A DNA stretch of 64,000 bases. Source: Blastocatellia bacterium (GTDB taxonomy: Bacteria; Acidobacteriota; Blastocatellia; UBA7656). Below the pieces are notes generated by a model that did no database searches, was not told where the DNA came from, and saw only the letters and a list, made by a program, of their open reading frames with translations. The stretch is from NCBI GenBank assembly GCA_963765495.1, contig CAVXWP010000009.1, forward strand, positions 832,001-896,000, in the 5' to 3' direction. Positions within the stretch are counted from its first letter, which is position 1; every line of letters starts with the position of its first letter. The position numbers and the translations under genes are program-made. Below are positions 32,573 through 42,962 of the stretch, piece after piece.

Positions 32573-34699
32573 TTAGTCGCCAAAACCGGCTCTCTCCTCC
32601 TGCGCCTGCCCCTTCCCCTTGCTTCCCATCTGCACCAGCTTCCCTTCCACCTTCGGCCCTACTCCCAACTGTACCAACTTCGCCTCCGGCTCCCCGCTCT
32701 CTTTCAATACGTGCTGCCGGTACAACTTCGCCATCCTCAAGTTCTCCGCTTCGCTCAACTTCGCTGCCCTCGCCCTCTGCTTCTCTTCCCTCGCCGTCTT
32801 CGCTATCCCTAACTCGTCCAGGTCGTGTTGCACTTCCCTCGTGATTATCTCTTCCTTCAACACCAGATTGTGCTCTACACTGTTTAACTCTACTGCTCTC
32901 CCTCCCGCAAATATCTCGTGCCTCCCGTACTCCTCATACCACTTCGTCAAACTCGCCGTCATGTGCATCTTCTCTACTATGTTCCTCCACCCTATCCCCG
33001 TGTTGTATGCGCAGAAACTTATCTCCCCTTCCTGCGTCGCATACGGGATTATGCACCTCTCCGTCCGCCGAAAATCATAGTTGAACAAATCCTGAAACCA
33101 CATCCCCGCTATGAACAGGAAGTTCCACCTGTCTGCTCTCCTCTTCTCTATGTCTTCCTTCGTCCGGTCTCCTGAAACCTTCCCATAATTCTTCCCCGTC
33201 GCTCCCCACGTCTTGTCAAACTTCGTCAACAAATCCTTTAACTTGAAATGCGTCGGCGACTGGTACGGGTCGTAGTTCTTCATCAAGGCCAGGGCCATCC
33301 CCACTATCGACAGCCACTTCCCTCTCCCAGCATCGTTGACCTTCATCACATCCTTCGCCAACTGCTCCCCGTCCAAAAACGCCGTCACTGGCACCGACTC
33401 CTTCGTCTCCTTGTCCACCATGATCGCCATACCTACTCCACAATTCGGATGGCATCCACAACTCAACTGCCCCCAGTCCGCCTCTGGCCCGTGCACCAGA
33501 TCCGACCAGTCTGAAAATGTGCTCATAAACGAGATCGGAAACCAGTCTCTCACTGGCTCTCCCAGCCCCGTCTGTTTCTTCACATCGTGCGCCAGGTGCG
33601 ACAGCGTGTATCTCTGCGCCATTCTCCGCTCGTCCGTGATCGCCTCATCTCGCCCCGTGAACGAAACGGGCTGGAACGACAAAAACGAGGTCTTCTTTGG
33701 ATTATCTAGCGCAAACTGGATTATCCGCCCCACCTGCTCGTTGTTTATCCCGTTTATGATCGTTGTCACTGGCACAATCTCCACTCCCGCGCTGTGGAGG
33801 TTCTCGATTGCTCGCAACTTCACATCAAAGAGGTTCCCGACTTTTCTGTGCTCGTTTGCAGCGTTGCCGATCCCATCGAATTGCAGATACGCATATCTCA
33901 GCCCCGCTTCTGCCGCTTGACGCGCAAACTCGGCGCTCTTTGCAAACTCTATCCCGTTTGTAGCCGCCTGCACGCTGTTGTAGCCAACCTTGCGTGAATA
34001 CCTGACGGCATCCAAAAAGTAGGGCGAAAGCGTTGGCTCCCCGCCCGAAAACTGAACGCTCAACTGGCGGCGGGGCTTGATAGAAATCGCGTTGTCGAGC
34101 ATGGTCTTGATGTCATCCCAGGTGAGTTCGTGAACAAAGCCAACCTGATTGGCATCCATAAAACAGGGGTCGCACATCATGTTGCAGCGATTTGTGAGAT
34201 CTATCGTAAGGACAGAGCCGCGCCCGTATTTTATGGTAGAAGAGCCGTGATCGTGAAGGGTCTCGTCGTTGTGAGCGCGGATGTCAGAGCCAGGAAAGAC
34301 CTGTTCAAGGTGTTTGAAGAAATCGGCGTCGATAGCCATGATGTCTTCGAAGTGGCCGTGTTTAGGGCAATCCTTGACCATGAGGATATTGCCGTCGCGT
34401 TCGATGATCTGGGCCTTGATTTCGCCGATGCGTTCATTTTTGAGGATATCGACGGGAAGAATGCCGTCGAGGACCTGCTGGCGGATTTCGGGAACGCAGC
34501 GAGGGCAGAGGGAATCGGTAGTGCGAGGCCAGCCGAGAGGAGGCTTGACCTTCTGATAGGATTTCAAGAGAGGCTTATCGCTCCAGGCAGGAGTGAAGGA
34601 GGGATTCTGTTTGATGCGATTGAATCTCTCGAACAGGGCCCAGGAGCCGCGAGCGGCCAAGGTCAATCCTTTTTCAACATACTTTATTGGCTTGTGCAT
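32573..34699 (-). CDS. tes: Radical SAM protein, tetraether synthase (Tes/GDGT-MAS) family homolog
   Basis: SLCPRC...KDCPKHG metal site, TNRCNMMCDPCF, QFSGGEPT, YLQFDG, CHPNCG, MWFQD..NYDFRR..RCII, SFCAYN. Confidence 0.82.
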   Translation of the reverse strand: MHKPIKYVEKGLTLAARGSWALFERFNRIKQNPSFTPAWSDKPLLKSYQKVKPPLGWPRTTDSLCPRCVPEIRQQVLDGILPVDILKNERIGEIKAQIIERDGNILMVKDCPKHGHFEDIMAIDADFFKHLEQVFPGSDIRAHNDETLHDHGSSTIKYGRGSVLTIDLTNRCNMMCDPCFMDANQVGFVHELTWDDIKTMLDNAISIKPRRQLSVQFSGGEPTLSPYFLDAVRYSRKVGYNSVQAATNGIEFAKSAEFARQAAEAGLRYAYLQFDGIGNAANEHRKVGNLFDVKLRAIENLHSAGVEIVPVTTIINGINNEQVGRIIQFALDNPKKTSFLSFQPVSFTGRDEAITDERRMAQRYTLSHLAHDVKKQTGLGEPVRDWFPISFMSTFSDWSDLVHGPEADWGQLSCGCHPNCGVGMAIMVDKETKESVPVTAFLDGEQLAKDVMKVNDAGRGKWLSIVGMALALMKNYDPYQSPTHFKLKDLLTKFDKTWGATGKNYGKVSGDRTKEDIEKRRADRWNFLFIAGMWFQDLFNYDFRRTERCIIPYATQEGEISFCAYNTGIGWRNIVEKMHMTASLTKWYEEYGRHEIFAGGRAVELNSVEHNLVLKEEIITREVQHDLDELGIAKTAREEKQRARAAKLSEAENLRMAKLYRQHVLKESGEPEAKLVQLGVGPKVEGKLVQMGSKGKGQAQEERAGFGD

Positions 34700-34861
34700 A
34701 ACTATCTCCTAGTAATGTGCGAAGCCTCAAAAACATATTTCCAACTTCGCTGTTGCTGTCAGAATTTAAGCACAGCGGATCAACCGGATAACCGCTTCCC
34801 GATTGCGCCAGTGCCTGGCAAATACGTTCGTCCCCGAATCGAAAAAAGCTCCGGCGAAAGC

Positions 34862-35137
34862 TCAAGCCAGATATTCGGCAAGCTCCCGCTCAAGTTCTTC
34901 CGGGCCGACCTGCTCACCCCGATTAAGCCGGTCCAGAGTGCGATCAATTACGGCCTTCGCTTCATCCTTGTGGTCCTCACTCAAGAACCCATCGAGGAAA
35001 TGATCCCCCGCGAGGGCGTGGTTGATCTCCGATTCCTTGTTGTGCTCGTCCAACTCCGTGAAGTAGACAACCTTGTATTTGCGGTTGTAGCTGGCTTCAC
35101 GATAAACCTCAAACATTATCTTTTCCGAATTTCGCAT
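34862..35137 (-). CDS. Small acidic hypothetical protein within the pls/tes cluster
   Basis: Co-oriented ORF with plausible composition. Confidence 0.7.
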   Translation of the reverse strand: MRNSEKIMFEVYREASYNRKYKVVYFTELDEHNKESEINHALAGDHFLDGFLSEDHKDEAKAVIDRTLDRLNRGEQVGPEELERELAEYLA

Positions 35138-35146
35138 ACTCAAAAC

Positions 35147-35241
35147 GTGACCAGTGACGCGTGATTCGTGAAAAGGGAATCAACTGATGACGATTCGGGT
35201 CCCTGAAAATCACGCATCACGCGTCACTGGTCACGAATCAC
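35147..35241. repeat. Heptamer-tandem inverted repeat element (GTGA-type)
   Basis: GTGACCAGTGACGCGTGATTCGTGA ... TCACGCATCACGCGTCACTGGTCACGAATCAC. Confidence 0.75.
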
Positions 35242-35245
35242 TTTC

Positions 35246-38200
35246 CTAGTCTCCCGAAGCGCCTATCTGATACTGTGGCACATTGCCTGAAAGCACGGGC
35301 AGCGAAATAATTGAACCTCGCCGCGAACTGGCTTTCTCTTCTGCCTCGGCCTGCAATCGCAGAAGACGCTCGAATTCGGCAAGCTTCTCTTCCAGCGTCC
35401 TTACCTTGCCTTTGTTCTTGATCATGTCTTCACGATAGCGCTTGAGGAAATAACCTATCGTCTCGACTCTGATCTTGATAGAGCCGGTCGGTTTATTTTC
35501 GTCTATGTCCTTGAAGCAGAAGTAAGGCGTACCCGCATTCTGAACGGTCTCTTCGACCACGGTGTAAATCGGCGCGTCGTGGCCGCATTTGAACGACGAA
35601 AGCTCCAGCGCTACTAGATTCGGATGGCGCGCCGTGTATTTCGCGGCCCAGATCTTGCGGCTGGTGTTTTCCGAATAGGAATTCTTCCACGCATCCTGAA
35701 TGTCCATCGGATGCTTGATTATTCCCGCCCGCACTTCGTCGCCAAACAACCGCCACAGTATGTCGTCATCTATCGGCAGCGAGTCCATAGTAAAGACCGG
35801 GTATCCAAGCTTCTGGAACTCTTCAAGTATCTCGTGATTGATGCCCGGATCGTTATGATAAGGACGACCAAGCATCACGACTCCAAGCCCGTCTTCGGCT
35901 TCGAGTTTTTCGAGCACCTCGCGGCCCGCGCCGCGCAGCGTCACATTATAGAGAGTATCGAGCGCCTTGAATCCTTCTTCGATGGCCCGATGATTCTCCT
36001 CCTGCGTGAGACCTAGCAGGTCTTTGAATACTTCATACATCTGCTTTTCAAGCAGTGGCGGCTCATCGAGATTCAGAATCGGGTCAAGGTATCTGGTGCC
36101 CAATTGCGCAAACAGATCGCCCTCTTTGATGAATGCCGCCTTGACCGCTTCGGGCGTTGCCGTGACGGTAGGGCATGCGCGGCTGCCCTGCGTGTTGACA
36201 AGATCGGTGGGCAGAGCGTCTATCATCGGGAAGAAGATAAAATCGAGCGGCTTCTTTTTGTGATGAACCTGGAGCAGGTTGTGAACGTGCGGTATGCCCA
36301 CCTTTGACGGGAAGCACGGATCGATGGCCCCGCGTTTCGCGCCTTCTTTGTAAAGCTGCTCGGTTGTGTAATCGGAATAAACCAGATTCTGCGGTTTGAC
36401 TCCGAGGCTTTCAAAGTAAGCCGAAACAAACGGATTGATCGAATACTGATTAAGAACGCGCGGAATGCCTATGCGCAGGGACTCGCGTTTCTTGAGCAAT
36501 TCGTTGCGCTGTTTCTGCGACTTTGTGAAAGCATATTTATGAGCCGGGTCCGCCACCTTCTGCGGATTGTAGCTGCGCCATGCGGCTTTGGCCGCGATCT
36601 CGACAAAGTTCGGATTTGCGGACTTCATCGAATCGAGCCCCTTCTTGATGACCCGCATATCGGCCACGTCTTCGACCAGCCCCTTCTCGCAAGAGTTGCC
36701 TACGATAAGGCGCTGCACGCCCGGCAGGATCGGAATCTTCGATTTGCGCGGCGGTTCGGTGCTCTCTTTATCCGACACCTTCACGTCAATAAAGGTGCGC
36801 AGACATTTGTTCTTGCAGAAGTAACACCTGGTGTCCTCATTGCGATGCGTGACATAGGTGATATCCTCGACGCTCTTCAATCCGATAAAGCTTGTCCGGC
36901 GACCGTTTTCCCAGAGTCTTACCGCTTCGATTGCAGCCCCAATCGCGCCCGATTCGCCGCAGTGCTCGTGGACTATGATTCGCGGCTGGATATCTTTGCC
37001 CTTAAAGCGCGACTCGATAAAATCAACCTGAGACTTGACCGCCGCGAGGTTGTGCTGAGTGCCGCCCTGCAAGACGAAGTTTGTACCGAGCGCGGCGATG
37101 TTTGGTATCTGCGAAACATAGAGCCAGATGTTTTTCGGAAGCACGGCGGCAAGACCCGCCATGATCTCTTCGGGCTTCCAGCCCTGTCGCTGAAAGTCAA
37201 CAATGTCGGATTGCATAAAGACCGCGCATCCGTAACCGAACGTGGGCATCGCCTGCGCGCTGAAGGCTATGTCGGCGTACTGCTCTACCTGCATGCCAAA
37301 ACCTTCGGCCGTCGATTGCAGGAAGTAGCCGTTTCCAGCCGAGCATTGCGTGTTCAATTTGAAGTCTTTGACCTGACGATTCTTCAGGATTATCAGCTTG
37401 ATGTCCTGTCCGCCCACGTCAACGATCACATCCACATCTTTGTAAAACTGCAAAGCGGATTCGGTATGCGCGACCGTCTCGACTAAAGCGACATCGGCGT
37501 TGAGCGTGTCTCTCAAAATGTCTTTTGCGTATCCGGTAGTGCCTACGCCGAGTACGTTGAGAGTTGCGCCCTGATCGGTTACCTGCTTTTCGAGTTTGCC
37601 GAAGACTTCCATGGTGTCTTCTATCGGGTTGCCTTTTGACAGTTGATAAGTCTTCACAAGAATCTTGCGGTCCTTATCGAGCAGCACGGCTTTCGTAGAA
37701 GTCGAGCCGCCGTCCAGACCTATGAAACCTTCAACGACCTGCCCCGGTTCAAAAGTGGCGGGCGTGAACTTCTTGCGCTTGTATCTCTCCTTGAATTCCA
37801 GCAGATCCTTTTCGTCTTCCGACAGTCCCTTTCCTCCGGCCTTCTTCTTCTCTTCGATGCGACCGTAGGTGATGTAATACTCAAGATCGGCAGTGCCGCG
37901 ATAAACGCCTATACTATCGTCTTCGGACTTGCCGAATTCGACAGCGCCGAGTGCCGCGAAGTACTGCGCGTTTTCCGGCACTTTTATCAGGTCTTTCGGG
38001 TCAACCCCTTCGGGCAGCGGATAGTTGCGCTCTTCCCACACCTTCGGGATATTGGACTTCCAGCCTTCGACCATGCCCCGGATGTATGTATTGGGACCGC
38101 CAAGCAGCAAAACGTGCGGGCGCAGGGTGTTGCCTCGCGTAAGCACGGCGAGGTTCTGGCCTATGATCGCTTCAAACAGCGAGGCCATAAGCTCAGAAGG

Positions 38201-38782
38201 CGGCACGCCCATTTTCTGAAGCGAGTTGATGTCGGTTTCGGCAAACACGCCGCACTTGCCCGCTACCGGATGGAGCTTTATATCGTAGTAGCCCATGTCG
38301 CAGAGCTTGTCGGGCGGGATGCGGAGTTTGGCGTTGATCTTATCGATGACCGCGCCGGTTCCGCCCGCGCATTTGTCATTCATCGAAGGGATTTTTTTCT
38401 TCTTGCCGGTTTCCGGGTCTTCCTTGAATATGATGATCTTGGCGTCCTGACCGCCAAGTTCGATGACCGAACCGGCTTCGGGGTAAAGTTTTTCGACCGC
38501 AAGCGATACGGCGTTGACCTCCTGCACAAACTTGGCCCCGATCATGGTCGCAACGTTTCCGCCTCCCGACCCTGTGATGAATATCCTCACGTTTTCTTTG
38601 GGAATCGGGAAATCGGCTTCGATGCGCTTGAGGAATTCCAGGCATTTTTCGGGCTGTTTGGTATCGTGACGCTGATAATCCTGCCATAGGATTTCGTCTT
38701 TTACGGGGTCTACAACTACCGCCTTGACGGTCGTCGAACCAACATCCAAACCTATGTATAGTTTTTCGTAGTCTTGACTCAT
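35246..38782 (-). CDS. plsA: PlsA/Ger-like protein: two BadF/BadG/BcrA/BcrD activase domains plus a reductase/dehydratase-like domain
   Basis: GLDVGSTTVK...ELGGQDAK...MNDKCAGGTG; GLDGGSTSTK...DVGGQDIK...LNTQCSAGNG; CFPSK, GRPYH, SFKCGHD. Confidence 0.8.
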   Translation of the reverse strand: MSQDYEKLYIGLDVGSTTVKAVVVDPVKDEILWQDYQRHDTKQPEKCLEFLKRIEADFPIPKENVRIFITGSGGGNVATMIGAKFVQEVNAVSLAVEKLYPEAGSVIELGGQDAKIIIFKEDPETGKKKKIPSMNDKCAGGTGAVIDKINAKLRIPPDKLCDMGYYDIKLHPVAGKCGVFAETDINSLQKMGVPPSELMASLFEAIIGQNLAVLTRGNTLRPHVLLLGGPNTYIRGMVEGWKSNIPKVWEERNYPLPEGVDPKDLIKVPENAQYFAALGAVEFGKSEDDSIGVYRGTADLEYYITYGRIEEKKKAGGKGLSEDEKDLLEFKERYKRKKFTPATFEPGQVVEGFIGLDGGSTSTKAVLLDKDRKILVKTYQLSKGNPIEDTMEVFGKLEKQVTDQGATLNVLGVGTTGYAKDILRDTLNADVALVETVAHTESALQFYKDVDVIVDVGGQDIKLIILKNRQVKDFKLNTQCSAGNGYFLQSTAEGFGMQVEQYADIAFSAQAMPTFGYGCAVFMQSDIVDFQRQGWKPEEIMAGLAAVLPKNIWLYVSQIPNIAALGTNFVLQGGTQHNLAAVKSQVDFIESRFKGKDIQPRIIVHEHCGESGAIGAAIEAVRLWENGRRTSFIGLKSVEDITYVTHRNEDTRCYFCKNKCLRTFIDVKVSDKESTEPPRKSKIPILPGVQRLIVGNSCEKGLVEDVADMRVIKKGLDSMKSANPNFVEIAAKAAWRSYNPQKVADPAHKYAFTKSQKQRNELLKKRESLRIGIPRVLNQYSINPFVSAYFESLGVKPQNLVYSDYTTEQLYKEGAKRGAIDPCFPSKVGIPHVHNLLQVHHKKKPLDFIFFPMIDALPTDLVNTQGSRACPTVTATPEAVKAAFIKEGDLFAQLGTRYLDPILNLDEPPLLEKQMYEVFKDLLGLTQEENHRAIEEGFKALDTLYNVTLRGAGREVLEKLEAEDGLGVVMLGRPYHNDPGINHEILEEFQKLGYPVFTMDSLPIDDDILWRLFGDEVRAGIIKHPMDIQDAWKNSYSENTSRKIWAAKYTARHPNLVALELSSFKCGHDAPIYTVVEETVQNAGTPYFCFKDIDENKPTGSIKIRVETIGYFLKRYREDMIKNKGKVRTLEEKLAEFERLLRLQAEAEEKASSRRGSIISLPVLSGNVPQYQIGASGD

Positions 38783-38867
38783 CGTCTACTCCAACTCTTT
38801 CTTTTCGTCGTTCATTGGCCGGTGGCCAGTCGTTATTCACAACCGGCCACCGAACACTGACCACTGC

Positions 38868-40670
38868 TTAATCGGCGGCGTAGCTGGATGCGCGTTTGCC
38901 TTTATCTTTCGCCATCAATTCGGAAACGTGCATGACAAAGTTGGCCGCCGAGCCGATCACACCCTTGTGGTGCGGCACATGGTAGAGGCCGCTTTGAAGC
39001 TCGGGGTGTTCATCAGCATAGGCGCGCACCTCGTCGAGCGTGAGGCCGGTCTGCTCAAGTATGCGGGCCATCTCCTGTTTGGCCTTCACCTTAGCTTCGC
39101 CCAGAGCCATCTGCACGCGGCTGTGCGCATTGATCTCGCCCTCGCCCGATGTCTCGATTGGCAGGTAGATCATGTCTTTATACTGATTGACGACCGCCGA
39201 TTGAGCGCCGTCTGATTGCGTGGAAGGCATACAGCCGAACGGCTTGAGCGACAGGACCATATGAGCGAGGTCTTTGTTGGAGTAGTAAATATTCTTTGCG
39301 ACTTCGAGGTGTCCTTCGCCGCCCGCCGCCCGCGAATTGTAGTAAGGATGAGCCGCTCGCTGAAGTTCGTACTGATCTACAAGCTCGTGCGGCAGGTTAT
39401 TGAGCGCCTCGCGCAGGCGATTCCACTCGCGTTTGAATATCGCTTCGGCAAGCGTAAGCTGGGTTGTCGCCTTGCGGACCTTCATCTCGTTCTTGAGTCG
39501 CTTGTCGATTCTCCAGGCCGGCGGCATCGCTTCATCTTCGCTTACGCCCTTGCGGTCAACCTTCTGCTGCTTGGCCTGATGAATCAGGTACATAATCCAC
39601 GTTCCGATTGGCTCGACTATGACCTGCGCGCCTTCGCGTTCGAGGAACTTGAACATGTTGAAGTTGCCGTCGCCTTCTGTGGTCTGAGCCCAGAATTCGC
39701 CCGTGACCTTGACGATGGGCTTGACGCGGGTGCGGTCTACCTTGACGGTTGCAAGCCGGTCGCCCACGGCCTTGAAGGCCGAGGTGTATTCATCGCCGAA
39801 CAACTGGTCTACGAATTTGCCAATGTACTCGGCCGTGCCGCCGACCTTTGGCAGGTTCTTGAGGAAGCCGCCCGCTTTGCCCTCAAGCGTAAACGAACGA
39901 TGCTTGCGATAGACTTCGCGCAGAAGTTCGAGCGACTCTTCCATAGCGGTGTTGGTATCGCCCTCGCTCAACTCGTAGGGTCGGATTTGATAGCAGGCAT
40001 CGCCGATCAGATCGCCCATGTTCAGCGCGTTCAGGATCGCGAGGAAGAAGTCTACGTTTAGCTCAAGCCCGGCTTCGGCCTCGGCCTGATTCAATCCGCC
40101 GGATTGCTGAAACAGCATTACGCGGAATCCCTCGAAGCCGGAATTGCGAAGCGCCAGCCGGTATTCGCTCTCATACATCCCAAAGCGGCACGGACCGCAA
40201 GCGCCCGCCGTGAAGAAGACATAGTTGTCTATAATATCCTGGCGAGACAGGCCCTGCTGTTCGAGCGATTGAAGATACTGCACAAGATTTCCGACCGTGA
40301 AATAGGTGGGATTGCACTGGCCGTTGTTGCCGTATTCTTTGCCCAACTGGAAAGCAGCTACGTTGGGAGTGGGCAGATACTGACATTTGTAGCCGAGCCC
40401 TTCGAGCGCACCCTGTATCAATCGCTCGTGCCTCCAGGTCAATCCGCCGAACAGGAGCGTCGTATAGGCTCGTTGCTCCTTCGTAAAAGTGCGCTCGACC
40501 GGCTTTGCGAAGTGTTCAACGCTCTTTTCCTCGATGCCCAGTTCCTGCAAAAGTCTCAATCTCTCCTGTGCCAGCTTCTTTTGAATCGTTTCTTCTTTGG
40601 ACGAGATTTGAACCAGTGATTGCAAAGACTCCGGCTGCGCGCCAGACTGCCTTTCCGTACTTGCGCTCAT
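38868..40670 (-). CDS. plsR: PlsR-like 2-hydroxyacyl-CoA dehydratase family protein
   Basis: GKEYGNNGQCNP, CGPCRFGMY, VKVTGEF, GGEG, KPFGCMP. Confidence 0.75.
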   Translation of the reverse strand: MSASTERQSGAQPESLQSLVQISSKEETIQKKLAQERLRLLQELGIEEKSVEHFAKPVERTFTKEQRAYTTLLFGGLTWRHERLIQGALEGLGYKCQYLPTPNVAAFQLGKEYGNNGQCNPTYFTVGNLVQYLQSLEQQGLSRQDIIDNYVFFTAGACGPCRFGMYESEYRLALRNSGFEGFRVMLFQQSGGLNQAEAEAGLELNVDFFLAILNALNMGDLIGDACYQIRPYELSEGDTNTAMEESLELLREVYRKHRSFTLEGKAGGFLKNLPKVGGTAEYIGKFVDQLFGDEYTSAFKAVGDRLATVKVDRTRVKPIVKVTGEFWAQTTEGDGNFNMFKFLEREGAQVIVEPIGTWIMYLIHQAKQQKVDRKGVSEDEAMPPAWRIDKRLKNEMKVRKATTQLTLAEAIFKREWNRLREALNNLPHELVDQYELQRAAHPYYNSRAAGGEGHLEVAKNIYYSNKDLAHMVLSLKPFGCMPSTQSDGAQSAVVNQYKDMIYLPIETSGEGEINAHSRVQMALGEAKVKAKQEMARILEQTGLTLDEVRAYADEHPELQSGLYHVPHHKGVIGSAANFVMHVSELMAKDKGKRASSYAAD

Positions 40671-41432
40671 AGATTTCCTCCTTAACTTTCTAGGTGCCTT
40701 TCCTTAGCAATTAAAAAAACGTCTGCCAGTGTGATTTGGAGAGTGGCTATTACGAACGGCTCCGGCCAGCTCAATTGATGAGCGGTCGCGCTGCCAATGA
40801 TTGCCGGACCCCCTGTCATATTCTTCTTGCTATCGTTTCTTACCATTCGCCGATCATACTAATCAGGCTTTGGGACGAACATTACTGCAAATAGCGTCCG
40901 TCAGGTGAAATGCTTGCGAATTATACAGATGTGAGAAAAAAATCCGTCGGTTTACAGTGGCAAGTTGCGCGCCACAATTCCTAAGAGAATATTCCTGTTG
41001 CCGACGATCATCCCTGAAAGGCGTTTCTCTAATTATTACTGCAATTAGCCATCTGCAAAAGAGATTCACAAATAAAACGCCTGACCCGATCAGGGAACGC
41101 TGTGCCTCCAAATGACCCATGCGCTTTTAGAGCCCTCTTGAAGGCGTCAGTTTGACCCGACATCCTTTTAAGGTCTTTCGTGGCCTTAAAGCGGCGTGTC
41201 CTATTGACTCATAGCAAGCAATTACAGCATTTACGAGCTGCCAATTGGCTTTCGGCAACAGGCCAATAGAATCCAAAAACCCTGAATTACGTCTGATACG
41301 TGATGCGTGATATGTGATTTAGCAAGCCTTCAAGTCCGCTTAAATCTGCGGCCCCTCCGGCGGTCACGCATCAAGAATCACGCATCCGAGGCAGCCGTTT
41401 CCTCTACCGAGCAACCCCTTGTTCATCGATAT

Positions 41433-42155
41433 TTAACGGCCAAACCGATGCGCGTCCTGGCTGGCATAGGCGGCAACCGCCGTATCGGCTACTGCGGTGG
41501 TCTTGAGCGACTCAACCACTTCGGCCAGTCTTCCGGCAGGTATGGCGCAGGTCATTTCGGAATTCGCCATTCCCGTGCGGACGCGGCTGAGCATGCAGCC
41601 TACACTGACGGCTATCTGATTTTGCTCCTTTGCCATTGGGATGATGTGGCACTGCGGTTTGCCTTCGAAGCGCAACCCCGGCACGGCATCCGAAAGCACC
41701 ATAGCCTGTTTGGCGTTAAGGCGCAGAAAGACTACATCCGGGTCAAGCCCGGCCTCTTCGAGCGGGCCGTAAGTAATGAAATTCGGGCGGTCGCTTACGG
41801 TTGGGATTTGCGGAACCACATCCATAGTCACCCACCCGGATTCGAGTAGCGCGGCCACATCGGAATTGCCCGCGACCTCTTCGAGCGTCTTGAGACCGTG
41901 AGTGAGGCTTCCGACGCTGCAATTGCCGTGGTCTTCCGGCTCGGTTGTAAAGGTCTTATTTGCGGCTTCGACCCAGAATACGCAACCCGCTGGCACTTTT
42001 CCGGTGCGCCCGTCCGGGCCGGGGTCAGGCACGGGGCCCTCGAAGCGCGGCACACCCTGTGGCGCGTCTTTAGAAAATGTGATCGCAAGCGGCGGCGATT
42101 GCAGTTTCAAAAGCGAATTAAGCTCTGAGGCCAGTTCATTCCAATTCTTGCTCAT
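41433..42155 (-). CDS. DUF169 family protein
   Basis: PLAITF, GCVFW, NCSVG, YGPLE..DPDVV, PQC, SVGCMLSR. Confidence 0.8.
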   Translation of the reverse strand: MSKNWNELASELNSLLKLQSPPLAITFSKDAPQGVPRFEGPVPDPGPDGRTGKVPAGCVFWVEAANKTFTTEPEDHGNCSVGSLTHGLKTLEEVAGNSDVAALLESGWVTMDVVPQIPTVSDRPNFITYGPLEEAGLDPDVVFLRLNAKQAMVLSDAVPGLRFEGKPQCHIIPMAKEQNQIAVSVGCMLSRVRTGMANSEMTCAIPAGRLAEVVESLKTTAVADTAVAAYASQDAHRFGR

Positions 42156-42327
42156 AATTTCAACAATTCTCTCCAGATTAAAATAGCCCGTGAATTCGTG
42201 TGGCTTATAACCAGCAGATACTATCACGCAAAGGCAGGGGTTTCACAATCGAGTTGACAGCAAATTCTCAAAAAGAAAAGAATCCATCTCGTTTATCGCC
42301 CATTGATTGCAACGAAAGGAGCACAGA

Positions 42328-42756
42328 ATGAGAGACATTCACCGGGAAATAGAAGAGATTGTAAATCGCGAGACACGGGCGTGGGACACTCAGGATGTGG
42401 ATTTATTGATGACTGTTTTTCATCCAGACATGGTCTGGCCGTGGCCGAGGACTCCAAAATCGCACGACCCTCTGGACTGGGTCATCGTATGGGGGCGGTA
42501 CGATTACGACAGATGGCGGCAGGGGTGGCAGCAATTATTTGATACACACAGACTGGTTCACAACAGGCGAGAGATCAAAAAGATCGAAGTTTCGAAAGAA
42601 GGCGACGGCGCATTTGCCGTGGTTGATATAGATACGCTCTGGCGCGACCGGGAAGGCAACGCCAACCACTGGAAAGGTCGCGTGTGCAAGGTATATTCAA
42701 GAGTCGGTGATGAATGGAAGATGACCATGCACACAGGGGTGCTCGATTATTCGTGA
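42328..42756 (+). CDS. SnoaL/NTF2-like protein
   Basis: ETRAWDTQD...WKMTMH; AAGGAG RBS. Confidence 0.8.
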   Translation: MRDIHREIEEIVNRETRAWDTQDVDLLMTVFHPDMVWPWPRTPKSHDPLDWVIVWGRYDYDRWRQGWQQLFDTHRLVHNRREIKKIEVSKEGDGAFAVVDIDTLWRDREGNANHWKGRVCKVYSRVGDEWKMTMHTGVLDYS

Positions 42757-42769
42757 GGCCATAACAAGG

Positions 42770-42893
42770 GTTTTGAGTTTTGAGTTTTGAGTTTTGAGTT
42801 TTGAGTTTTGGGATTGAGATTTAATAGCTCAGATACTTTAGTGGAACCTGCCAAGTGTCTAAAACTCAAAATTCAAAATTCAAAATTCAAAAC
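42770..42893. repeat. (TTTTGAG)n / (TTCAAAA)n heptamer inverted repeat
   Basis: Five tandem TTTTGAG units opposite four complementary units. Confidence 0.8.
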
Positions 42894-42962
42894 TTAAAGC
42901 TCATGCTTTTCTCATCGCTCATCATCTTGCATTAGCTCAGGCGTGTAATTAGACTGCCCGTC

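Noticed and set aside
34130-38689. Long plus-strand ORFs (34130-35164, 36539-37486, 37643-38689)
   Set aside because: Antisense shadows of tes and plsA caused by codon bias
41079-41095. CCTGACCCGATCAGG as an FNR/CRP box upstream of plsR
   Set aside because: Half-site spacing is one base short of TTGAT-N4-ATCAA and the match is weak
42770-42893. Tandem repeats as a possible CRISPR array
   Set aside because: 7-bp units without unique spacers; no cas genes in the window
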